Positions 1 through 10,169 of a stretch of 64,000 nucleotides of DNA are shown here, in pieces. The DNA lies in NCBI GenBank assembly GCA_943704425.1, contig CALSCP010001986.1:1-64000 (forward strand), read 5' to 3'. Position 1 is the stretch's first letter; every line of letters starts with the position of its first letter. Position numbers and translations under genes: made by a program. The notes beneath the pieces are model-generated. The model saw only the letters and a program-made list of their open reading frames with translations. It did not search any database and had not been told where the DNA came from. The DNA comes from Ministeria vibrans ATCC 50519. Its lineage: Eukaryota > Protista > Filasterea.

Positions 1-395
1 CTCCCTGGTTACACCGGCGCACTGTGCGACACCGACATTGATGAATGTGCGTCGTCACCGTGCGCCTTTGGCAACTGCACCGACAATGTCAACGGCCACA
101 CTTGTTCATGTCTCCCTGGTTACACCGGCGCACTGTGCGACGACGACATTGATGAATGTGCGTCGTCACCGTGCGCCTTTGGCAACTGCACCGACAATGT
201 CAACGGCCACACTTGCTCATGCCTCCCTGGTTACACCGGCGCACTGTGCGACACCGACATGGACGAATGTGCGTCGTCACCGTGCGCCTTTGGCAACTGC
301 ACCGACAATGTCAACGGCCACACTTGCTCATGCCTCCCTGGTTACACCGGCGCTCTGTGCGACACCGACATGGACGAATGTGCGTCGTCACCGTG
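1..395 (+). repeat. Near-identical 111-bp tandem repeat encoding 37-aa EGF units
   Basis: Units begin GA(T/C)GAATGTGCGTCGTCACCG at 40, 151, 262 and 373, with only a few substitutions between copies. Confidence 0.95.
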
Positions 396-2342
396 TGTTT
401 TTGGGACATGCACCAACGGGAATGCTTTTTTTTCCTGTCTGTGTTCTCCTGGCTACCAGGGATCCAACTGCGACGACGACATTGATGAATGTGCGTCGTC
501 GCCTTGTGTTTATGGTAACTGCACAAATCTTGTCAACGACTATGCCTGTGTATGTCGCCCAGGCTACTTCGGCATTCTGTGTCACCTTGACGAAGACGAG
601 TGCGCGTCGTCGCCATGCGAAAACGGTGGTGAATGTTTCAATGGCGAGGCACAGTTTACGTGTGGTTGTACCCCCGGTTGGACAGGCTCTACATGTACCA
701 GTGACGTCAATGAGTGTTCGTCTAGTCCCTGCTCCAATGGCGGTGTGTGCGTCAACGGCGCTGATGCATTTGCCTGTAGCTGTGCGGCGGGGTTTACTGG
801 TCTGCTCTGCTCAACTAACATTGACGAGTGTCTGTCGTCGCCCTGTCACAATGGAGGCGAATGTGTTGACTTGGCCAACGCACACTCTTGCACTTGCACC
901 GCCGGGTTTTCCGGCACTCTGTGCGAGCTCGACGTGTGCTCGGCAATGCCCTGTCACAACGGTGGCACTTGCTCACGACAGGGATCCCTGGACTTTGTCT
1001 GTGCCTGTCATGGAAACTCGACTGGTGCTCTTTGCGAGACAGTTGAGTGTCCATCCGGTATGAGCCTCGACGCGAGTGCCACCTGCACGAACTGTTCCGC
1101 GAATTTCTTCAAGAATTACGTCTCGTTCAACGCCTGCTCACCGTGTGCCTCCCATGCGTCCACTTTGGGTCTTGAGGGTGCAACTGAGTGCTCCTGTGAC
1201 GCAGGTTACACACCTTCAACGGCAAACACCACTGTGTGTACCGCATGCCCGGATGGAAAGTTCAAATCTGAGACGGGCGCGGGACTCTGCCTGACTTGTC
1301 CTGCGTGTTCAGCCTCAGGCGAAATCCGTGTCCACGGTTGCTTCGGTGCTGCAACCACGTCTGACGATGTAATGTGTGCGCCCGGTGTGCTCTCGAATGT
1401 GTCGCCAACCATTAGCGCCGGCGGAGCGCTTGTCTCGTCGGGTGTGTGCACCCACATATTTTTCCGGGCTGGCGCGAATCTAACCGGTGTTGCGCTGCCG
1501 CGCATTGGCGTGAGTCTTGCCATGCCACCCAACGTGTCCGTGTTTTTGAACTACGACGATGCTGAGATTGTGGGCGATGTCTGCATCTCTCTCTGTCTTC
1601 CTGCCGAACTTGCCGATGCCGCGTCTCTGCTGCTTCGCCACAAACCCACACTTGTGAGCGATGAATGGACGGACGTTCCCAATGCGGTGATAGACGAGCG
1701 CACACCTACCTCTGTACGTTACTGTTTCACTCTTGGCGGGAGTACGCAACGACGACGACGTCGTCGTCAGGTCTCCACCATCCCCTTTGGCGTGTTTAGT
1801 GTCACAAGTGGCGCTTCTTCGCCATCCGATTCGTCCAATTCGACGTACATTCTCATCGGTGCGGGTGTGGCGGGCGCCTTGGTTGCCCTCTTTAGCATCA
1901 TTTTCTGTTGCTGGTGTTGTTGTCGGCGACAGAACCGACAGAGAAGTCCCGGCAAGAAGAATAGCACCACGCGCATGCTGTCGGATCGACGTGAGTCTAC
2001 TTTTAGCACTGCTTTTGACGCTCCTCTACCCGCTGGCTCGCGCAACTTTTCACTTATTGACTGGGCCAACATGAATGCACTTGCAGCCGCCACGAGTACC
2101 AAGGAGACCAGTGTTCCCGAGGAAGACCCTCAGCGTCACGGTAAGTAATACGACGTTGGTATTCCTACTCTTATTCTTATTTTTTTTCATTGTTGTGGTG
2201 TAGAAACCATCACTGTCGACTATTGTGATGAAGAAACATTCTATTACGGTCAACATGCTTCGTCGCAAGAAGATTTGTCGCACTTGAAGGGGCCACCAAT
2301 GAACATGTCTGGGGGTATGGAGACAACACAATCCTTCCTAAT

Positions 2343-2374
<32 letters not shown>

Positions 2375-2632
2375 TATAATAATAATAATTATTATTATTA
2401 TTATTTTTATTGTAGATGAATCTGGGAACAAGCTACGTGAAATGCGTGTAGCTTTGCAGAAGCGTCCAAGGTTGTCTGTTGGTATGAATAAGAATAATAA
2501 TTATTATTATTATTATTATTATTGTTTTCCTAATAATAAATTTAATTATTAATCATAATAAATAATTTTTCTCCTTCAGAAAACCTTGCTCTGCCACTCA
2601 TTGTGCGAATTAACGGTAAAAATAACAACATC

Positions 2633-2705
<73 letters not shown>

Positions 2706-4155
2706 TAAATTAATAATGACGTTATAAAATAATTATAATAATAAGAAGAATAATAATAATAATAATATTTTTGTACTTTTAATATTATTATGTTTAATTA
2801 TTTTTTAGAATCAAAGTATGTGAAGATTGGCTCGCCAACTCATGTTGCCCCAGGTAACAGATCAGCATTATTATTATTGTTTTTCATACGTCTTCTTTTA
2901 GTTGGCATTTACAATGTGGCATCAAATCCCAATGATGTTGTACCACCCATCCAATCACGCGACGAGGCACTGACCACACGTCATCGACGACTAGATTCAG
3001 TTGACTCGATGAGTACGCTCCAACAAAACCATAATAATAATGATTATTATTATTATTCTTCATTTTTGTATTTCTTTGTATTATTAGTGACCACCTATGA
3101 GGGTGACGTGACTGAAGCCCCCATAGTCCCTGTTGCAGTGCCTCCTCTTACAGCACCCTATGCAGTGCCGTCTCGCGTGGCACGTGGAGGCGACTCCCGA
3201 CGACAAGCACAGCTGATCGCCTGTGCCCTGTCAAACAGAGCGACCACGAGCGATGCTCTTCCATCGGTTGTGGCCGCTTCGCATGTGCAAGGCGCAGCAT
3301 CCCATCCTCTCTCTCATGCTCAAAATGTCCTCGAAGCACCACCCACGCCCGACAGCGACGCACCACGTCCGCGCGGTGGACCCAGGCCCAGTCTGACCGC
3401 GGCGCTTGATCGACCCCTGATGGTATCGACACCTCAACAAAATGCCGTGCTTCGTCCCAAGATGGCGCCCCCTATCAAGGCGCCACAGCAGAAAAAGTCG
3501 AGGCGAGAACCGTATGGTGGGAATCCCGAAGTGACAGAAGGTAACACCTATAATATATATAAACTAATAATAATTATTGTATTATTATTAATAATTCTTT
3601 CTTTGCATTTTTTTGGTAGCGGATGCGAGGAAGAACGCAAACTTTGGGACACTCGAGCGGGCGATGCAGGATCTTGATGACGAGAAGAAACCGGCGGATC
3701 GGGTGAGCGGCTCACCTACAATGCTGGGACCAAGTCGATTGACGGACGACTGGGGCGACTCTGCCGCCTACGTTCAGTCACAGTGGTTGCAAGACCGCGC
3801 TCAGGCGGCAATCGTGCAGCGCCGCACTTCACGAGACGCTGGTCAACCGCCTTCTTCTCCTGCCGCTGCTGCTTCTGCTGCTCAGAGCAATGCGAGTGAT
3901 GAAGCACGGCGTCGATCTGTGGCACAACAGATCATGGGAGTTGTGCTGAACTTGGACAAGTTGATAGCAAAAGGTTCATGCTCAGCAACAGAGCGCGCTA
4001 AACTGACTGAGCAACGACGTGCTGCTCTGGTTCGTGTCGAGCGTCTTGATGTGTTCTCTGTGGCCGAACTTGAAGCGCTCAAGAGTCAGCCGGCAACCCG
4101 AGCGGCGGCCATTCGGCGGGGATCTTACCTGGAGTCGATGAGAGCTCCCAGATAA
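1..4155 (+). CDS. Single-pass EGF-repeat receptor-like protein (Notch-like ectodomain, non-Notch tail); 5' end lies outside the window
   Basis: Frame +1 is open from base 1. It encodes 9 complete plus 1 partial EGF repeats (DECASSPC...), Cys-rich GCC2/GCC3-type repeats (CPSG..C..C, CPDGKFK), an RRRRRR site and a TM helix (ILIGAGVAGALVALFSIIF) followed by CCWCCCRR. Exons: 1-2140, 2204-2314, 2416-2481, 2580-2615, 2809-2853, 2902-3012, 3088-3540, 3620-4155. All introns are GT-AG and splicing stays in frame to TAA. Confidence 0.85.
2344..2766. repeat. (TAA)n/(TTA)n microsatellite tracts in the EGF receptor introns
   Basis: Visible trinucleotide runs at ~2344-2402, ~2490-2525 and ~2632-2766. Confidence 0.9.
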
Positions 4156-6470
4156 AATACAAAAAAACGTAATAGCAATACTGAATGCCAATGTACAATA
4201 AAAACGAGCAAATAGTATGATTATAATTATTTTATTCTTTATTATTAGTAGTATTATTATCACGTTCTATAGCTTCACCCGTCACGCCAGCATTTTAAAA
4301 ATGTCAATAATAACGATGCTTTGCATCGAAACATCTTCATGTTGCTGACAACAAGTTTTGGACATGAAAAGCGAAGAAGATTCATTTATCAACATGAAAG
4401 TGTTTCGATGCAAAGCATCGTTATTATTGATTTTTTGTTGCATAGGGCCTGCCTTATGTTCATTACGTCAATCATGAAGAGCAGCGGCAGGTCAGCAGCA
4501 TGCAGCCTGGAGCTAGGGCATGTGTTGTCGCTATTCAATAGTACGTCTGGTACTAAGGCCATGGCCATGAAGATGAATAAACGAGTCCAAACGAAGTCCA
4601 AACACCCACTTAGTTAGTCAGACTAGCTAGTCACTAAGACTAAGACAAACTAAGATCCACAGCCTTAAATTTGTTATAATTGAAAGCCACTAACCCAGTC
4701 GTTGTTCATCCTTATAATTATCGCTGAATCGATCTTTTGATATGTTTTTTTTTCAGGATCGATCGACATTATTGGAGTTCAGTCATGCATGAGTCAGTGT
4801 CAATTCTGTTTTGTAAAAATATTTAAAATTTTCACTTTTTAACTTCACTTCGATCGCACTTTTAACTCTCAATAGGATGTAAGACACGTTGCAAAAGGAT
4901 CCGTCTGGCTCACTATTGCTAGAATCGTGCCCCGACTCCCCTGGGTTGGTTTAAGGACAAAAGGGAGAGCCTTTGTTTTGAAATTCGCTTGTGCTCCTGC
5001 TCGCTGCGCGCGCGTGTGTCGCTTTGTGAATTCCAATTGTAGCGTGTTCCTTTCACCGATTCACACGTGACGCATACGTCAGCTGGCAGCGGCTTTCCCA
5101 AGATTTTACCGTTGTCTCTTCCCTTTTTGGGAACAAAGTCATGCATGTTCGCTTATTAAGAGAAAAATCCTCATTTGGGTTGTTATTAGGTCGCGCGGCG
5201 CTCGTGTCAGAATGCCCAGTTTTCAGACTTCAGTCTGTTCAATGGCTTGTAACATTGTAACATTGTCTTTCACGTTTGTGATGGCAGAGTGAGCTCACAG
5301 GCACTCTTGAGTCCGGGGTTTCATCCTTGTTTCTCACGAAAAACGAAAACAAACAAACACCGCGTTTTTTCCTTAAAAGTTCGTCTGTGCCCCAGAAGAC
5401 TTATGGCGTTGTATATAAGTAACACTCATTAGTCATTAATATCCTACGCGATTAAATCTTCCGCACAAGAACTGAGGCAGCCCGTTAAGTTTCGCAAAGA
5501 TAAAGACTCAAAAAGAAACACGTCACCACCAAAATTGTGTAACTCGCAAAATTAACGAACTCGGCACAAACAGCTCCAGTTTTTGTTTATCAAGCACAAA
5601 TGAACTACAACCAACAAGTAGTCAAGTACCGATAAACTATAAGAATCTTCTTAGAATATGCGCAGCCTGATTTTTTTGCTTTGTGTCGGAGTGGCCTTTG
5701 CCGTCCCGATGAATATTCTTCGGTAAGAGCGTCAATGCTATTACGACTTCATGACGATATTTGCACTGATACAGTAATGGAGCATGTTATATTTCTTGTG
5801 TTTGCTGAGTATATTGAGTTTTTGACTAGACTCAATACGATCACTCGACGACTTAAACTTGTTTTGTTTGTTCGTAATACAGTCTCGAAGTGGTTTGCAC
5901 TGCCGGCACTTTGGATGTGTCGGTCCCTAACGGCATTCTCAATTTGAACACACAAGTTTTTAAGAGCGGGTGCGACTTGATCGGTTCTGTTGCAAGCTGT
6001 TGTCATATGACCATGTTCAACTTTGGAGGTGCAAAAAACAAAACAAACCCCCCGTAAACGCTCTTAATTCATTCTTCCTTCTCCTCTGCGCAGCTACTGT
6101 GGCTACCAATACCTTGGTTACCGCTGATTTGTCCCTCTTTCTCACCATCGCGCTGGATCCCGCTGGTTCAAGCGGATTCTCGATCAAGGATGCCACCTCA
6201 GCGGATCTTCAAGTTGGCGACACAATCTCTCTAAACGCAGCAGTTTGCTTTGTTACCCGCATCTCGACCACCAGTATCCTCTAATTCGGAGTCTTAATTC
6301 TAAAAAGAATAATAATAAATTAACGAAACACAGCCTCACAAACTCAACCCAAAATCCTGGCTATAGTAGCTACATTAGAAATTAGAGGTAACAACTCACA
6401 TGGGAGAACAGTGGCAGTCCACTAAAGTGCTGTGCTGTCGTATACATAATTATATATAACCCCCCCCCCC

Positions 6471-7184
6471 NNNNNNNNNNNNNNNNNNNNNNNNNNNNNN
6501 NNNNNNNNNNNNNNNNNNNNNNNNNNNNNNNNNNNNNNNNNNNNNNNNNNNNNNNNNNNNNNNNNNNNNNNNNNNNNNNNNNNNNNNNNNNNNNNNNNNN
6601 NNNNNNNNNNNNNNNNNNNNNNNNNNNNNNNNNNNNNNNNNNNNNNNNNNNNNNNNNNNNNNNNNNNNNNNNNNNNNNNNNNNNNNNNNNNNNNNNNNNN
6701 NNNNNNNNNNNNNNNNNNNNNNNNNNNNNNNNNNNNNNNNNNNNNNNNNNNNNNNNNNNNNNNNNNNNNNNNNNNNNNNNNNNNNNNNNNNNNNNNNNNN
6801 NNNNNNNNNNNNNNNNNNNNNNNNNNNNNNNNNNNNNNNNNNNNNNNNNNNNNNNNNNNNNNNNNNNNNNNNNNNNNNNNNNNNNNNNNNNNNNNNNNNN
6901 NNNNNNNNNNNNNNNNNNNNNNNNNNNNNNNNNNNNNNNNNNNNNNNNNNNNNNNNNNNNNNNNNNNNNNNNNNNNNNNNNNNNNNNNNNNNNNNNNNNN
7001 NNNNNNNNNNNNNNNNNNNNNNNNNNNNNNNNNNNNNNNNNNNNNNNNNNNNNNNNNNNNNNNNNNNNNNNNNNNNNNNNNNNNNNNNNNNNNNNNNNNN
7101 NNNNNNNNNNNNNNNNNNNNNNNNNNNNNNNNNNNNNNNNNNNNNNNNNNNNNNNNNNNNNNNNNNNNNNNNNNNNNNNNNNNN

Positions 7185-7185
<1 letters not shown>
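6471..7185. other. Assembly gap (N run)
   Basis: 715 N bases, flanked by a poly-C run and a (GT)n run. Confidence 1.
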
Positions 7186-7283
<98 letters not shown>

Positions 7284-7363
7284 CTTTGTGGTGTGTGTGT
7301 GTGTGTGTGCGCGCGTCTTTGTGTTGTGGTGTGTGTGCGTCTTTGTGGTGTGTGTGTGTGTGT
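7186..7363. repeat. (GT)n microsatellite with interspersed CGTCTTTGTG motifs
   Basis: Direct inspection. Confidence 0.95.
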
Positions 7364-7419
7364 GAAGGTCTCACTGTTGTTGAAGGGTTTTGTTACTCAC
7401 ATTCAACTCTCTTGCGCAG

Positions 7420-8296
7420 GCGATTGTTGAGAACATTGAAGTGAAGCGAAATGTGTGGAAAAGCATTGATGATGCTGCTGATGCGCGTACCATCTTTGCT
7501 TCCAACACATCCTCGTTGCCCATCCGCGAGATGGCCGAAGTGACGGGTCGTGCCGATAAGTTTGGCGGATTGCACTATTTTTCGCCTGTCCCAATGGTAT
7601 GAAAATGAGAGAGTGTGCGCATGAGAGAGAAAGAGCATTTATGACTGAATGTGTGTGTGTTCGTGTGTCTACTTTTTTGTAATGCAGATGAAACTGTGCG
7701 AAGTGGTTCGTTCGGATCACACGTCTGACGAGACGATTGCGGTAAGAAAAGTAGAATGAAAAACCGATGAAACAAACTAATAATATTTTTTTCAGCGACT
7801 GACTGCGTTTGCAGAGGAGCAAGGGAAGACGACTGTGGCGTGCAAGGACACGCCAGGCTTCATTGTGAACCGACTGCTGGTGCCGTATATGGCTGAGGCA
7901 GTGCGAATGCACGAACGGTACAAATGGAGTGGGAGAGAGAACGTGTGTGTACGTATGTATGCATGTGTGTGTCTTTGTGGTGTGTGTACATATATTATTT
8001 GTGTGTGTTTTTGTGGTGTGTGTCACGTGAGGCTGATTTGTATTGGTGTTGGTGTTGGCAGTGGAGACGCGTCGACAAAGGACATCGATACGGCGATGCG
8101 GCTGGGATGTGGCTATCCCATGGGTCCCTTTGAGCTGATGGACATGACCGGCGTTGATGTGTGCGCCTTTATCTTGCGCGGATGGGCTGAGAAGTATCCC
8201 GATGAGCCGCTCTTTAAGCCCACCGAGACCCTTGAGAAGATGGTCAGCGAGGGCCGTCTGGGTCGCAAGACCGGTCATGGTTTCTACAAGTACTGA
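7420..8296 (+). CDS. HADH: 3-hydroxyacyl-CoA dehydrogenase (short-chain HADH type); 5' part lost in the gap
   Basis: Exons at ~7420-7597, 7689-7741, 7796-7917 and 8062-8296 give AIVEN..K, IFASNTSSLPI, GLHYFSPVPMMKLCEV, KDTPGFIVNRLL, DIDTAMRLGCGYPMGPFEL and GRLGRKTGHGFYKY, all canonical HADH motifs. Confidence 0.93.
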
Positions 8297-8415
8297 GTCA
8301 TCACACGAGTACTTTGCATTAAAAATCAAAATAATGGTTTACTTGCGGAGCACACACTCTCTCACTCCTCTCTCTTTGGTTTTGGTTTGGTTTATCTTTC
8401 TCTCTATCTCTGTTG

Positions 8416-9801
8416 TTATTGGCCACAACGAGAGCAGGGAACGAGCTTCTCACTGCCGCGGGGCACATAGTCACAATGACGACAACGCGCAAGGGACTTC
8501 TTGAAGCGGATTCCGCATGCGTTGCAGAGGGGCGTTGCGCCTGCGTCGCGCCAGACGGGCGTCTTGCGGGTCCCGCACGACGCACACTCTTTGTTTCCAC
8601 CACTACCACTGTTGTTGTTACCGCTGCTGCTGAAGGAAACACTGCGTCCCCCGCGACTGCCATTGCTCGCGTTGGATGTGGTGCGCTTGCGGCGTTTGTG
8701 ACGCGCTGCCTGGCGTGCCTGCTCAAACGCACTCAACAACGTACCACGGTAGTTGACGTCGTCATCGGAGTCGTCCTGAGCATCATGATCATTGTCGTCG
8801 TCGTCGTCGTCGCTTTCTCCCATCAAGTACTCGTCGTCGTCCGAGTTGCCTCCTGAACGTCTGTGTCGTTGACGTCTATCGAGCGGGTCCGTGTCATCGT
8901 CTCCTTCTTCTTCCTCTCCCTCGTCGCCCAGTGTACCGGCTTCTGCCGTTGACCCGAAACTTGTTTCGTCGCTTTCTCGGTCAAGGTCGTCAAAATCAGC
9001 GGCGACCTCAAGATCAATACCGCGCAATGCTGACGATTCGCTGACGGTGCGTCGACGTGCGCGTTTTCTTTGACGCACTTGTTGTTGTTGTTGTTGTTGC
9101 TGATGTTGCGTGTTACCAGGCCGTGGCACGGATGTTGTCGAAGTGCTCTTTTGCGCAGCGCGACGGTCGTAGTAGACGTAGACGTTGTCCTGCGCCGCTG
9201 TTGCTGCTGCGGTGGGCGTTGCTGTGCGACGACTGGCGCGCGATTCCTTTTGAAGCTTGGCTGTGGTGGATCGCGGCGCGACAATGGGCAACGAGGGTGG
9301 CATGTTAAAGTAGGGTCGGGCGGCGACAACGGGGCGCGGGAGGCGCTCAGTTTTGGACTCGACGGCACGTTTTCTTTTTTTAGTTGACGTTGATGATGCA
9401 CTTTTCGAAATTGCTGTTGAGCGCGAGGGTGCAAGAGACAGCGGGGCGCAGGGGATGCTGTCGTAGCGCACGGCCATCATGTAGTGACTTGGCGCGGCGG
9501 ACGAGGGTCGGGGGAGGGCGGGGGGCGGCAGGGCGGCCGACGAGGTGTTTACGAAGCGGCGGTCTGCGCTGGGGACGATAAAGACGACTGCTCCGTGCGC
9601 CGCCTTGGGCGAGGCGCGTGGCACCAGCAGCGTGCGCCGTTTCTCCGGGCGCGCACGGGCAAGCGAGGCCTGTGTCTCGTCAGGGTTGATGTGTTGCCGC
9701 TTTGAATTTCTGACGCAAAAGTTCACGTCCAAATCAGCCAATGAGCTGTGTTCGCTGGAAGGCGTCTGGTCGCACCACGGCACCATTGCAGAAAGTGCCA
9801 T
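8416..9801 (-). CDS. GATA-like zinc-finger transcription factor with a second Cys4 knuckle (ZGLP1-like)
   Basis: The C-terminus reads CASCGTRKTPVWRDAGATPLCNACGIRFKKSLARCRHCDYVPRGSEKLVPCSRCGQ*. Upstream are low-complexity poly-Q, acidic and basic NLS-like segments. Likely ATG at 9801. Confidence 0.85.
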   Translation of the reverse strand: MALSAMVPWCDQTPSSEHSSLADLDVNFCVRNSKRQHINPDETQASLARARPEKRRTLLVPRASPKAAHGAVVFIVPSADRRFVNTSSAALPPPALPRPSSAAPSHYMMAVRYDSIPCAPLSLAPSRSTAISKSASSTSTKKRKRAVESKTERLPRPVVAARPYFNMPPSLPIVAPRSTTAKLQKESRASRRTATPTAAATAAQDNVYVYYDRRAAQKSTSTTSVPRPGNTQHQQQQQQQQVRQRKRARRRTVSESSALRGIDLEVAADFDDLDRESDETSFGSTAEAGTLGDEGEEEEGDDDTDPLDRRQRHRRSGGNSDDDEYLMGESDDDDDDNDHDAQDDSDDDVNYRGTLLSAFEQARQAARHKRRKRTTSNASNGSRGGRSVSFSSSGNNNSGSGGNKECASCGTRKTPVWRDAGATPLCNACGIRFKKSLARCRHCDYVPRGSEKLVPCSRCGQ

Positions 9802-10169
9802 GATGCGAGTAAAATCGCAGGGAAATACGGTCGTTCTTGTTTTGATCGATATGAGAAGTTCAAATTTTTTTTGTTGACACTGAAATCGAAAAAGAGAAGA
9901 AAAAAAAAAAAAGAGGGTCAGAAGAATGGGAAGTAAAGGCTTGCTAATCTGCATATGAATGCATAAGCAACGACACACGCACACCAAAGCGATATCTATC
10001 CGTTTTAAGTTTACCAGAGAGGCGCAAACAAAATCAGTAAATTTTTTATCTATTCATCATTATCATTGATCATTCAGAATTCAGACTCACTATTTCAGGA
10101 GTTTCACTTTTCTGACTACTTCTCTAGTCTGCATTGTACCTTGTATCTGTCGGCGTATTGTCGTACGTG

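Noticed and set aside
38-1063. 341-aa repetitive ORF in an alternative frame
   Set aside because: It is a shadow frame of the EGF tandem repeat.
1-4155. True Notch orthologue
   Set aside because: No LNR/NOD domains before the TM and no ankyrin repeats in the tail.
6382-7444. HT/CV dipeptide ORFs spanning the gap
   Set aside because: These are translations of N bases and the (GT)n microsatellite.
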